In this document: one piece after another, positions 42,367 to 52,646 of the stretch | Numbering within the stretch: the stretch's first letter is position 1 | Layout: every line of letters begins with the position of its first letter | NCBI GenBank assembly: GCA_963724295.1 | Contig: CAVRUC010000005.1 | Span: forward strand, 256,001-320,000 | Direction: 5' to 3' | Length of the DNA: 64,000 nt | Source of the DNA: an uncultured Chloroflexia bacterium | Lineage (GTDB): Bacteria; Chloroflexota; Chloroflexia; Thermomicrobiales; UBA6265 | Notes under the pieces: model-generated | What the model saw: only the letters and a program-made list of their open reading frames with translations | Told to the model about the DNA's origin: nothing | Database searches by the model: none | Translations under genes and position numbers: made by a program

Positions 42367-43308
42367 CTACGTGCCATCTCCTTCTCGACTCCTCGACTCC
42401 TCGACTAAAGAGACTGGCATCCGACAGACGACCGTATAGGCCGGGTTGAAGACATTGCCGACATCGTAGCCGACGGTCTGCCCCATGAGGTGGCTGGCGG
42501 CAACGGTGTCGAATCCATAGTCGGTTTCCAGCCACGCGAGCATCTCGGTGGTGGCGTGCTGGAGTGCCTGGTCGAGGGGACGAGCATTGCCCACGGTGAA
42601 CAGCTCTGCGCCGTTGGACGTGATGCCGCGAGGCCAGCGAATCGGCCAATCCTTGCGCAGATCGAGCCGCAGCTCCATCTCCATCGAAACCTCGACGCCG
42701 GTGCCGCTGATCTCGCCATCGCCCTGACGGGCGTGCCCGTCACCGGCGAAGAAGAGCGCGCCGGGCACGTTCACCGGGAACCAGACTGTCGTTCCCGGCC
42801 GGAAGCCACGCCAGTCCATATTGCCGCCGTGTGGCCCGGGGGTCGAGGTGGAGATGGCCTCTCCGTCCGCGGGAGCGACGCCAAAGCAGCCGATCATGGG
42901 GTCCAGGGGTAACGTGAGAGTCGCGAGCGTGGGCGCGGGATCGACCAGGCGCACCGTCCCCGCCTCGACGTCGATCGCCCAGTTGGCGGTCTCCCGCTCA
43001 GGCAGGCGAGACGCCCGCTCAGGATCGACGACGTTCGGCGCCAGAGGGTAGCGCGTCCACCCGATCGCCCGAGATGGGGTGAGACGAACGATCCTCACTT
43101 CGAGCGCATCACCGGGCGCCGCACCTTCCACCCAGATGGGGCCGCTCTGGGGATTGGGACGCTCTCCCCGGTGCACTCCGTCGAGATCGACCCCCAGGGC
43201 ATCCAGCGTTTGCATGACGACGGTGTCGCCGGGCTGCACGTGGAGAGCGGGTGGATGTGGGCCCATGGTATTGAAGAAGTTCTCTGGATCGAAGTGGTGC
43301 GTCGCCAA
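42367..43308 (-). CDS. Acetamidase/formamidase family protein
   Basis: NPQSGPIWVEGAAPGD, PGPHGGNMD, GDGHARQGDGEISGTGVE; TTG 43308 after GAGGAGG. Confidence 0.92.
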   Translation of the reverse strand: MATHHFDPENFFNTMGPHPPALHVQPGDTVVMQTLDALGVDLDGVHRGERPNPQSGPIWVEGAAPGDALEVRIVRLTPSRAIGWTRYPLAPNVVDPERASRLPERETANWAIDVEAGTVRLVDPAPTLATLTLPLDPMIGCFGVAPADGEAISTSTPGPHGGNMDWRGFRPGTTVWFPVNVPGALFFAGDGHARQGDGEISGTGVEVSMEMELRLDLRKDWPIRWPRGITSNGAELFTVGNARPLDQALQHATTEMLAWLETDYGFDTVAASHLMGQTVGYDVGNVFNPAYTVVCRMPVSLVEESRSREGDGT

Positions 43309-43394
43309 GCGGTTTCCTCCTCGAAGAGCCAACCGACCGGCTGGGATTGTCGCACCGGAAATCGGAAGCGCGAGTTGCCGGAATCACCGTATAT

Positions 43395-43424
43395 GCGATT
43401 ATCGCGATATTGTGATATAATCGC
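43395..43424 (+). promoter_or_regulatory. Extended -10 promoter embedded in an AT-rich inverted repeat
   Basis: GCGATTAT-N14-ATAATCGC with TGaTATAAT (43413-43421). Confidence 0.6.
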
Positions 43425-43459
43425 TCTGGTTGGAAGTGGGATGATCGAGGAGGAATGTT

Positions 43460-43633
43460 ATGACGATGCTTCGCAACCTGTTCAATCGCGTGGGCGGCGG
43501 CGCCAATGCCCGGTTCGAGCGCTATTACGGCGATGTGGCCCGCGCTGGCGTCGGCTACCCGACGGCGGACGAGGCCCGCAAGGACATGCAGCAGGTCCAC
43601 CGTTCCCTCAATCGGTACGGCTGGATTGGCTAA
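43460..43633 (+). CDS. 57-aa small protein, missing from the ORF track
   Basis: GAGGAGG RBS; MTMLRNLFNRVGGGANARFERYYGDVARAGVGYPTADEARKDMQQVHRSLNRYGWIG; own promoter and terminator. Confidence 0.75.
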   Translation: MTMLRNLFNRVGGGANARFERYYGDVARAGVGYPTADEARKDMQQVHRSLNRYGWIG

Positions 43634-43672
43634 TGTCCTGCCCGACGCCCCGCGTTCGGGTGGACCCGCCCA

Positions 43673-43722
43673 GATGCCCCCGGTTCTGATCCTCAACGGA
43701 TGCAGACCGGGGGCATTTTCTT
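43673..43722 (+). terminator. Intrinsic terminator
   Basis: ATGCCCCCGGT...ACCGGGGGCAT followed by TTTCTT. Confidence 0.7.
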
Positions 43723-43761
43723 GCTCCCCTTCCGGTCTCCCGTGCTTCTACAATCGCCATC

Positions 43762-44980
43762 ATGTCCAGCACTCCCCTTTCCCGCGCTGTCGACCCCAGT
43801 CCGACGTCCGACCTCGGCAACCCTGAGCTCGTCTCAATCATCCGTGGCGAGATCGGCGCCGCCGGGGGACGAATCCCCTTCGCGCGATTCATGGAGCTGG
43901 CGCTCTACCATCCGGCGTGGGGTTACTATCTCTCGCCCGAGCGCCGCCCAGGACGACCCGGCGACTTCCTGACGGCGCCCGAAACACATCCCTTTTTTGG
44001 CATCACCCTGGCGCGGCAGGTCGCGGAGTGCTGGGAACGCCTCGAGCGCCCCGACCTCTTTGTCGTTCGCGAATATGGGTCGGGGATCGGAGCACTCGCC
44101 TGGGACGTCATTGCTGGACTCACCACGGAGGCGCCGGAGTGCCGCGCGGCGCTCCAGTACCGCCTCGTCGAGACCAACCCGCACCGCCTGGCACAATCCA
44201 TAGAGGGACTCACCGAGGGCGGGCTTGGCGACGTGGTCCGTGGGCGAAGAGATTCCCCCCGGCTCCGACCCGGAGCCAATCACCGGCGTGGTGATTGCCA
44301 ATGAGGTTGCCGACGCCCTTCCTGTCCACCGCCTGATCTGGCGTAACGGCTTTCTTCGCGAGGGCTGGGTGGTGTGGTCCGACGACGGGTTCGCCGAAGA
44401 AGAGGGCGAACTCTCGCCGCAGGCAGCCGCAACCGACCCAGAAGAGATGCTGCGGCAGCATGGCATTACTCTCGCCGAGGGAGATCGCATCGAGATCAGC
44501 CCAGCCGCGGCGGCCTGGTTTGCTTCGGCGGCGGGTGGGTTGCAACGTGGCTACGCCATCGTCATCGACTACGGCTACCCGGCGGCTGAGCTGTACCGGA
44601 CGCACCGCCTGGCAGGAACTGTCCGCGCCCATCGCGGTCACACCGTGAGCGACGATCCTTTCGGGCATGTCGGGGAGCAGGATCTCACCGCGCATGTCGA
44701 TTTCAGCGCCTTGCGGCGCGCCGGCGAAGACGCGGGACTCACGTTCGCCGGGCAGACGAATCAGGGCGCGTTCCTGGCTAGTCTCGAAATGGGAGACCTG
44801 CTCGTATCCCTCGGGAAGGATCCGCAAACGTCACTTCCGGAGTACCTGGCTGCCCAGGCGGCGACCCTGCGCCTGATCGACCCGGGCGGGATGGGACGCT
44901 TCGGGGTGCTGATCATGGCCCGCGACGCGCCGGTAGTACCGCCTCTCAAGGGGTTTTCGGTGCAACCATTGTCGTTTTAG
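43762..44980 (+). CDS. SAM-dependent methyltransferase, MidA/NDUFAF7 family; frameshift near 44243
   Basis: FARFMELALYHP..GYY, GDFLTAPE, EYGSG.G; then IANEVADALPV, IDYGY, QDLTAHVDF. Confidence 0.88.
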
Positions 44981-45367
44981 ATGGATGGAGGAGAGCCAGC
45001 AGTGTATCTGTTCTTGCGTGGGGCGGAGATGCAGCCAGAGCAGGTGCGCGGCGCCTGGCCGGAGGCGCGGTTTGTGGCGCGGGGCCGGTTGCAGCCACGC
45101 CCGCTCGGCGCGGTCGTGCCGCCAGCGGGCGCCCGTTACGAGACCTGGGGCATCGTGATCGAGACGCCCGACGCGCCGGCCACCGGTGACGCACGCAGTG
45201 TGCTCACCGACGACGGCCGCATCTTCGCCGTGACCGTCCCTCCCCCGGACGACGCCGACCCGTCCGCCGTGCTGGCCGCGGCGCGCTATTGGGAGTTACC
45301 GTCGCCCTACGTGCAACGCCTCGCAATTGCCGCGAACGCGCCGGTCGAGGATTACGTCTACCGATAA
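44981..45367 (+). CDS. Hypothetical protein (possibly gamma-glutamylcyclotransferase-like)
   Basis: Continuous ORF; ETWGIV, AARYWELPSPYV. Confidence 0.55.
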   Translation: MDGGEPAVYLFLRGAEMQPEQVRGAWPEARFVARGRLQPRPLGAVVPPAGARYETWGIVIETPDAPATGDARSVLTDDGRIFAVTVPPPDDADPSAVLAAARYWELPSPYVQRLAIAANAPVEDYVYR

Positions 45368-45531
45368 GCGGGAACCAGGCACAGAGCCGAACCGTTATGT
45401 CGATACCAGGCCAGCGTATCTCGATTCGGGATTGAGCCGGGTCCGGATGCGCCACTTCGGCTCTATACTCGAAGCACCAATGACGACACGGCCCGGCCTA
45501 GCCAAGCGGGCATGACAAGGACAGCAACGAC

Positions 45532-45789
45532 ATGGCGGAAACCGTCCTCAGCATCTTGTTGACACTTTTGCAACTTCTGACCTTCGCGCTCATTGGCCGC
45601 GCGCTCCTTTCCTGGTTCGACCCGGGAGGACAATGGACCATCACGCGCATGCTAGCGGAAGTGACCGATCCCGTTCTCGCGCCACTGCGGCGAGTGATTC
45701 CGCCGGTCGGCATGCTCGATCTCTCGTTCATCGTGGCGATCATTCTCATCCAGGTTCTCGAGCGATTGCTGCGGCAGGCGCTTTTGTAG
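45532..45789 (+). CDS. YggT family membrane protein
   Basis: RALLSWFDP, VTDPVLAPLRRVIP..GMLDLS. Confidence 0.92.
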   Translation: MAETVLSILLTLLQLLTFALIGRALLSWFDPGGQWTITRMLAEVTDPVLAPLRRVIPPVGMLDLSFIVAIILIQVLERLLRQALL

Positions 45790-45882
45790 CGAAGTTCAAG
45801 AGCACCGGCACGCGCCGCCGGATGCAAGTTCCGGCGGTGCCTCGTTCACGCCAGCCCCCAATTCACACCAGGGAGCATCGCC

Positions 45883-46389
45883 ATGGCCCATCCGCTGGTC
45901 GAACAGTTGCGATTCGCGCGCAGCGAGTTCAGACGGGGTCTGGAGGGTGTCGGCGACGAGGAGGCGCGGCGCCGCATCTTGCCAATGAACTGCCTCAGTT
46001 GGAACATCGGCCACCTGGCGGCGCAGGAACAGCGCTACTGGCTGCTCTACGCTCAGGGCACGATGCCGCTCTCTGAGGTCGACCGCGCGTTCCGGTATGG
46101 ATCGCCCGCCTCTACGCCGGCCCTGGCCGAGGCGTGGTCAGCATGGGAGACGATCACGACCGCGGCGGACCCCTGGCTAGACGCGGTCAGCACCGAGACG
46201 CTGCTCTCGTATGGCACGCGCGACGGCAAGCCAACTGACTACACGCTGGGGTCGTTGCTGCTGCGGAACATCTACCACTACTGGTATCACACCGGCGAGA
46301 ACGCGGCGATCCGCCAGCAACTGGGTCACACCGACCTGCCCGATTTCGTCGGCAATATCGACGACCAGGCGCCATATCGGGGGTGTTAG
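45883..46389 (+). CDS. DinB-family protein
   Basis: SWNIGHLA, RNIYHYWYHTGE His motifs. Confidence 0.85.
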   Translation: MAHPLVEQLRFARSEFRRGLEGVGDEEARRRILPMNCLSWNIGHLAAQEQRYWLLYAQGTMPLSEVDRAFRYGSPASTPALAEAWSAWETITTAADPWLDAVSTETLLSYGTRDGKPTDYTLGSLLLRNIYHYWYHTGENAAIRQQLGHTDLPDFVGNIDDQAPYRGC

Positions 46390-46523
46390 GGTGATGGGGT
46401 GATCGGGTGATATGGGGGGTAATTACGCGAGTCAGGCCGGGCGTGAGCCACCGCGAGAACAGTGAGATCCAGTACAGTACACGTATGCAGTAGGCCGATA
46501 GAGAGCGGAAGGCTGAGGGGCGA

Positions 46524-46643
46524 ATGGGCGGAATCCGGTTGCTAACGACGCTCTACGCGATCGTTTTCGCATTGCTCATCCTGATCGTCATTGCCTCGTT
46601 CCTTGGCGTCTTCGAGAACCCCCTCATCGACCCGGGCTTGTAG
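46524..46643 (+). CDS. 39-aa single-TM small protein, missing from the ORF track
   Basis: GAGGGG RBS; MGGIRLLTTLYAIVFALLILIVIASFLGVFENPLIDPGL. Confidence 0.6.
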   Translation: MGGIRLLTTLYAIVFALLILIVIASFLGVFENPLIDPGL

Positions 46644-46717
46644 CCGCCTCTTCAGCACCGAGTCCGCGGTTCTCACCTGGGACGATTTACTCCATGTATT
46701 TGGATCGCGTGCTGTCG

Positions 46718-47488
46718 TTATCGCTTGCGGGCTTTCCAGATCTCCTCGCTTGGCCACTTCCGCGCCCACTCTGCGGTCACAATCGGGTAGGTGGTGCTCG
46801 CATCGGCGGGCGCCTGAATCTCGATCAGGTCGTCGATCTCGAAACCGTTAAGGCGCAGCAGGCGGATCCAATCTCCGTGAGTGAGGTAAAAGTTGACCGA
46901 CCCGTCGGGCCACTCGATACGGTGCATCCCGAAGTAGGGTCGCTCCAGGCAGTCCGTGGCCGGCGTGTTCGCATCCGCATCGATGGGCGTGCAGACCATC
47001 AACAGAGCACTGTTGATCAGGAAGACCAGGTTGCCCCCCGGGCGCAGGAGGCGAGCAGCCTCGGGGATCCAGCGGTAGGGATCGCACCAGATCGAAGCAC
47101 CGTACTCGCTGACCACCAGATCGAAGCTCGCATCCGGAAACTCGGTGTTCTCCGCGTTTCCGAGGGAGAGCGGGAACTCGAGTCCGAACTGCTGCTGCAT
47201 GCGGCGAGCGGTCGCGAGCTGAGCTGGTGAGTTGTCGATACCGACCGGATGTGCCCCGCGCCGCGCCAGCCAGGCTGAAATGTAGGCGGTGCCGCAGCCC
47301 AGCTCGATGACATCCAGCCCCGCTACCGATTCCGGCAATGCGTGAAGCTCGGCCTCTGGTACCCGGAAGATTCCCCACGTCGGCGTATCGCCGGCCCACG
47401 CCTGTGGCGCCCAGGCAGCGTACTCAGCCGCCCAGGTATCCCACACGACCCGGTTTTTCTGGACATGCTCATCATGGTCCTGCTGCAT
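46718..47488 (-). CDS. Class I SAM-dependent methyltransferase
   Basis: VIELGCGTA, FDLVVSEYGA, ARLLRPGG. Confidence 0.92.
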   Translation of the reverse strand: MQQDHDEHVQKNRVVWDTWAAEYAAWAPQAWAGDTPTWGIFRVPEAELHALPESVAGLDVIELGCGTAYISAWLARRGAHPVGIDNSPAQLATARRMQQQFGLEFPLSLGNAENTEFPDASFDLVVSEYGASIWCDPYRWIPEAARLLRPGGNLVFLINSALLMVCTPIDADANTPATDCLERPYFGMHRIEWPDGSVNFYLTHGDWIRLLRLNGFEIDDLIEIQAPADASTTYPIVTAEWARKWPSEEIWKARKR

Positions 47489-47508
47489 CGCTCCTCCGCG
47501 CGGTACTC

Positions 47509-49353
47509 CTAGACCGGCGCGTCCTCCAGTTCCAGACCAATCAGGCGCATCAGGCGCAGGGCATTGGTCGTGGTCGCCACACCCGGCCGCAGCTGATAGT
47601 CGAAGGACATGGGCGGAGCGTCCGGTCCCTCTCCAACCGTGTCGGTGAAGTGCACGCTTACTGCCGATTGCACCAGACGCGGGTCGTCGCCGAGCGCCAG
47701 ATCGTGCGTCGAGACCGCGCCGATGGCTCCCTGATCGACCAGATAGGCGATTACCCGCCGCGCCGCGACGCTCCGCTCCGCGGTGTTGGTCCCTTGCAGG
47801 ATCTCATCCAGGAGGTACATCACCCGTGGTCCACCTTGCTCCCGGGCTTGGGTCGCGGCGTCGACAATCAGCTTCAGGCGCTGCAGCTCCGCCAGGAAGA
47901 AGGAGACGCCGCGCTCCAGCGAGTCCTCTACCCGCGCGCTGGTCCACAACGCGACCGGCGGCAGCACGAGCGCGGCGGCGCAGACCGGGCCCCCCGCCTG
48001 GGCGAGTACGGCATTGACACCAACGGCGCGCAAGAGGGTGCTCTTGCCGGACATGTTCGACCCGGTTACCAGGAGAAAGGTGCCGGGCGGGCCGATCGTC
48101 ACGTCGTTGCGTACCCGCGCATCGTCACGCAGCAGCGGGTGCCCGAGCAGGCCGGCGCCAAAAGTATCGGCTTCCCGATCGATGCTCGGAAACGCCCAGT
48201 CGGGATTGTCGCGATATAACCCGGCGAGCGCGGCCAGGGCCTCGGCTTCGCCGAGAGCCTCCAGCCAGCGGCGGGCATCACGCCCGCCGTCCCGCTTCCA
48301 GCGCTCCAGCGCGAACAGGACGTGCACATCCCACAACGTCAACGCCTGGATCGGCACGTAGAGGACCGACGAGGGCGGGATCGCCATTCCGGTCAGCCGC
48401 CCCAGGCGGCGTAGCATGGCCGGCGCGCCGCGCTCGCCGGATCCCAACCGCTCCAGGAGGCGCCGCAACGCGGGGTCGGTGAAATCGGCGGCAGCCAGCA
48501 CATCGAGCTGACCGGCGTAGGCGGCAATCGCGCGCTGTTCGGTGACGACCTCGGCGATGGTGGCATATGCTCGCCGCGCAGCGGTGGCGCCGACGAGCAG
48601 ATTCACGATGAGCGGTAGACCCCAGAGAGGCGCCGTGATGAGGCCGGCCAGGTCCGCAATGCCGAGCACGACGACCGCGCTCGGACCAAGCCAGGCCACC
48701 CAGCGCAGCCACGCGCGATCGCCGAGACCACGCGGATCTTCCGCCCAGGCCAGAAATGGCTCAGGATCCGATTCGGCGTCCGATGCCGCGCGGCCACGCA
48801 GCTCGATCTCGTTCCGCAAATCGAGGAGCGGCGCCAGCTCCATTACCGCGCCTTGCCTGGCGGTCGCGACCGTCGCATCCGCTGGCGCCAGCAGCCATGT
48901 TGCCAGGCTCTCCCGCCCCATGCGGGTCGCGGTCGTATCGAGCAGCTGGAAGAGTGAGGCCCGGCCGACGACGTCGAGATCCCCGGCGTAGGGATGATCG
49001 GCGGGAACGTCGGGGACCCAGGGCATAGGCAGATCACCCCAGCGGCGGTCGATGCGCGCCAGCGCCTCCTCCTGGATGGTGCGCAATGTCGCCAGGCGAG
49101 CCCGTGTCCTCCCGAGCCGCGCATGGTAGACGGCAAGGACGACGAAGACACCAAGTAGGAGACCCGCCAGCGCCCAGCCAGCGGGTGCTCGACCCCACAA
49201 TCCCCAGGCAGCGGCGACCGCCGCGGCAAGGAACGCGACGAGCCGCGCGTTGGCGACGAGGTTCCAGCGGCTGTTGACCTGCTCGTACCCGGCGCTCGCC
49301 GTGACGAGCCGGGATTCATAGGAAAGGCGCGGATCCGTCCCCTCGTTGATCAT
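47509..49353 (-). CDS. Membrane-associated MutS-family (domain V) ATPase
   Basis: TM helices; TGSNMSGKSTLLR, SFFLAELQRL, LDEILQGTN, STHDL. Confidence 0.88.
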   Translation of the reverse strand: MINEGTDPRLSYESRLVTASAGYEQVNSRWNLVANARLVAFLAAAVAAAWGLWGRAPAGWALAGLLLGVFVVLAVYHARLGRTRARLATLRTIQEEALARIDRRWGDLPMPWVPDVPADHPYAGDLDVVGRASLFQLLDTTATRMGRESLATWLLAPADATVATARQGAVMELAPLLDLRNEIELRGRAASDAESDPEPFLAWAEDPRGLGDRAWLRWVAWLGPSAVVVLGIADLAGLITAPLWGLPLIVNLLVGATAARRAYATIAEVVTEQRAIAAYAGQLDVLAAADFTDPALRRLLERLGSGERGAPAMLRRLGRLTGMAIPPSSVLYVPIQALTLWDVHVLFALERWKRDGGRDARRWLEALGEAEALAALAGLYRDNPDWAFPSIDREADTFGAGLLGHPLLRDDARVRNDVTIGPPGTFLLVTGSNMSGKSTLLRAVGVNAVLAQAGGPVCAAALVLPPVALWTSARVEDSLERGVSFFLAELQRLKLIVDAATQAREQGGPRVMYLLDEILQGTNTAERSVAARRVIAYLVDQGAIGAVSTHDLALGDDPRLVQSAVSVHFTDTVGEGPDAPPMSFDYQLRPGVATTTNALRLMRLIGLELEDAPV

Positions 49354-49420
49354 GAGTGGAGTCTAGAGGCTCAGCGGATTTCCGGTCGTATACTGCCGGC
49401 GATTTGCGGAGGATAGCGAC

Positions 49421-49984
49421 ATGGCACAGACCAAACTCGCCGGCGCCTGGTCCTACGAGGACATTCTCAGTTTTCCTGATGATGGTCGACGCTACGAAAT
49501 CATCGAAGGGGACCTGTACGAAATGCCCTCACCGACGAGCGTCCACGCGGCGACGATCATCAATCTCATCGCATTGCTTCTGCCCATCGTCGCCAGATTG
49601 CACGGTCGCGTGTTCACCGCACCGCTGGATGTCTTTATTCCAGGAGGGGACCCCGTTCAACCAGATGTTCTCGTCGTGCTTCCAGACGGGAACGCGCGAG
49701 TGGAACTGCGCGGCATCGAGGGCCCGCCCGACCTCGTCATTGAAGTCGTGAGCCCGTCCAACCGCGGCCGCGATCTGCTCACCAAGCGCTCGCTCTATGC
49801 TCGTGCCGGCGTGCGCGAGTACTGGCTGGTCGATCCTGACGCTCGGACACTCGAGATCCTCACCCTCGATCGCGACGCGTTTCATCTGGCCGCCTCGGCA
49901 TCCGGCGATCAGACGCCCGTGTCACCGCTGCTCGGATCACTCCCCGCTCGCGTCAGCGATCTCTTCACCGGAATCGATAGCTGA
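49421..49984 (+). CDS. Uma2 family (DUF820) endonuclease
   Basis: RYEIIEG, VQPDV, PDLVIEVVSPS, GVREYWLVDP. Confidence 0.93.
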   Translation: MAQTKLAGAWSYEDILSFPDDGRRYEIIEGDLYEMPSPTSVHAATIINLIALLLPIVARLHGRVFTAPLDVFIPGGDPVQPDVLVVLPDGNARVELRGIEGPPDLVIEVVSPSNRGRDLLTKRSLYARAGVREYWLVDPDARTLEILTLDRDAFHLAASASGDQTPVSPLLGSLPARVSDLFTGIDS

Positions 49985-50061
49985 TACTTCCGGCCGTCGT
50001 TGCCCGCTACGCGTTCCCCGTGCCGGGGATCGGTGCTGGACACGCTCGCCAAGGGAGAGGG

Positions 50062-50832
50062 ATGGCCAGCCCGAAAGCGTCGATGACCTGGTGGTCGTTT
50101 GCCGACCGCGGCGTCTGCGCCGACGATCTCATCCGCGCTGTGGCGTCGATCGGCTATGACGGCATCGAGCTCGCCGACGAAGCTCTCTGGCCGGCGATCG
50201 CGGAGGCGGGGCTGACGATCGTTTCACATCGTGGTCACGGCACGATCGAATCCGGACTGAACCGAACCGAGAACCACGCGCGTATCGAAGCGGAGATTCT
50301 CGCCAACCTGGAGCTCGCCCGGCGCTGGGACATCCCGTTACTGATCTGCTTCAGCGGCAGCCGGGACGGTCTCGCCGGCGAGGTCGGGATCGAGAACACG
50401 GCGCTGGGACTCTCCCGGGTGGCCGGAGCGGCGGAGGACGCCGGTGTCACCCTCGTCCTGGAGCTGCTCAACAGCAAGGTCGACCATCCGGACTATCAGT
50501 GCGACCGAACGGCCTGGGGGCTGGAGGTCATCGAGCGGGTCGGCTCGCCGCGGGTACGGCTCCTCTACGACATCTATCACATGCAGGTCATGGAAGGCGA
50601 CCTCATCCGCACCATCCAGTCCCACCACGACGCCTTCGCCCACTACCACGTCGCGGGGAACCCCGGCCGGCATGAACCGGACCGCTCCCAGGAGGTCTCC
50701 TACCCGGCGATCTACGAAGCGATCGCCGCCACCGGTTTCGATGGCTACGTCGGGATGGAGTACATCCCGCGCGCTGGACCGGTGGAGTCCTTGCGGGCCG
50801 CTCTCGACGATTTCCGGGCCGCCACGGGGTGA
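50062..50832 (+). CDS. Hydroxypyruvate isomerase-like TIM-barrel protein
   Basis: LELLNSKVDHPDY, LYDIYHMQVMEGD, GNPGRHEP, GMEY. Confidence 0.88.
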   Translation: MASPKASMTWWSFADRGVCADDLIRAVASIGYDGIELADEALWPAIAEAGLTIVSHRGHGTIESGLNRTENHARIEAEILANLELARRWDIPLLICFSGSRDGLAGEVGIENTALGLSRVAGAAEDAGVTLVLELLNSKVDHPDYQCDRTAWGLEVIERVGSPRVRLLYDIYHMQVMEGDLIRTIQSHHDAFAHYHVAGNPGRHEPDRSQEVSYPAIYEAIAATGFDGYVGMEYIPRAGPVESLRAALDDFRAATG

Positions 50833-51012
50833 CGGGCCATGAGCCACGAAGGTGGCAGGGTGGCAGGGCGGCAGGAAATACGCGCGGGCGCAGGCCGCTC
50901 GTCGCTCTCCCCACGACCCCGCCACCCCGCTACCTCGCCACCCACCTCTTACCGACTTACCGACTCCGTCTGGTACCATCGCGACGCTGTCGATTCATTT
51001 CAGGAGTAGCCG

Positions 51013-52039
51013 ATGCGGATCGCCGTTGACGCGGCTGGCGGGGACCACGGACCAGCGGTCGTCGTGGTCGGAGCCGTGGCCGGGGCGAAACGCTTTGCAG
51101 TCGATCTCCTTCTGACCGGCGCGGAAGAAGAGATCCAACGCGCACTGGCGGGTCAGAACCTCACCGGTATCGACGTCATCGTCGCGGACGCCCCGGAGAC
51201 TCATCGGCGGCGATGAGCAGGCGGCCCAAGCGGTGCGGCGCAAGCCACGCTCGGCAATTGCCGTCGCGCTCGACGCCGTCCGCGATGGCCGCGCCGACGC
51301 CATGGTTTCGGCCGGCAACAGCGGCGCGGTGATGGCCGGCGCGCTCTTGAAGCTCGGGCGAATCCGGGGCATTGACCGGCCTGCCATCGCCGGCCACCTC
51401 CCTTCGATGACTGGCCGGACCCTGGTGCTGGACATGGGCGCGGTCGCTGACCCCCGACCCCAGCACCTGGTCCAGTTCGCGCAGATGGGGAGCATCTACA
51501 GCGAGCAAGCACTCGGGGTGGCCCGGCCGAAGGTCGGACTCTTGTCCAACGGCGAGGAGCCATCCAAGGGGAACCAGCTCGTGCAGGAGACGTTTCCGCT
51601 GCTTGTCAGCGCACCGGGAATCGATTTCCGGGGCAATGTGGAGGGGAACGACATTACGCGCGGCGTCGTCGACGTCGTCGTCACCGACGGCTTCACCGGA
51701 AACGTCGCCTTGAAAACAGCCGAAGGCGCCGCGGCTCTCATCAACGCCACGGTCCGGGATCGCCTGACTGCCTCGCCGTTCCGTAAGGCTCTGGCGGCGC
51801 TCCTGCAGCCGGCCTTCCGCGAGGCGCGGAAAAATCTGGATTACGCCGAGCAAGGCGGAGCCCCACTACTCGGGATCGACGGCGTGGTGATCATCTCCCA
51901 CGGGCGGTCGAACGAGCGCGCCATCGCCAGTGCGATCGGGGTCGCCAAGCAGAGCGTCGAAGGGGATGTCCCGCGAACGATCGCCCGCCTGATGGCGACC
52001 CTGGAAACTGCACCTCAACCGGCGGCCGCATCCGGGTAG
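51013..52039 (+). CDS. plsX: Phosphate acyltransferase PlsX; frameshift near 51200
   Basis: MRIAVDAAGGDHGP; VSAGNSGA, IDRPA, NGEEPSKG, GNVEG, DGFTGNVALK, ISHGRS. Confidence 0.93.
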
Positions 52040-52097
52040 CTCGCGCCGCGACGGCGTGCTTTCCCGTGTGTTGGGCCTAGAAACGATGGACGTGCAA

Positions 52098-52122
52098 AGA
52101 GCCGGGCGTTTTGCCCGGCTCT
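52098..52122. terminator. Bidirectional hairpin terminator between plsX and hup
   Basis: AGAGCCGGGC-gtttt-GCCCGGCTCT. Confidence 0.65.
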
Positions 52123-52146
52123 GACGGCTGCTACGTGATTGGCCGT

Positions 52147-52431
52147 TTAGGCGACCTGGCCCTCGACCGATCGCTTCAATTGGGTACCCGGCTTGAAGGT
52201 CGGGCTGCGGCGCGCGGCGATGGTCATCGCCTCACCTGTGCGGGGGTTGCGGCCCTCGCGGCCAGCACGCTCGACGACCTTGAACGAGCCGAAGCCGCTG
52301 ATCTGGACCTCGGTGTTGTTGGCCAGGCTGGTTTGAATTGCATCAAGGAAGGCGTTGATCGCCTTCGTTGCCTGAGCTTCCGAGAGATTGGCCTCGCTTG
52401 CGACTTCCCGAACGAGATCCTGCTTGCGCAC
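52147..52431 (-). CDS. hup: HU family DNA-binding protein
   Basis: VQISGFGSF, GRNPRTGE, PTFKPG. Confidence 0.95.
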   Translation of the reverse strand: MRKQDLVREVASEANLSEAQATKAINAFLDAIQTSLANNTEVQISGFGSFKVVERAGREGRNPRTGEAMTIAARRSPTFKPGTQLKRSVEGQVA

Positions 52432-52646
52432 GCGTGTGCTCCTTTCGTCATCGAATTCCCCAGACGCCCTTCCCCGATTGGCCGCCTTACCCTGGACCGG
52501 CGTGGGCAGGGCAGGCCGGGCATCTGGTCACACCAACGGTCCGGAGTCCGAGTCTACCATCCATTCGTCCGTCAAGTCTACGGAAACCCGCGAACATACG
52601 CGGAAAATTGGGTACCGGCCCACCCCATTGACCCCGAAGCAGCCTC

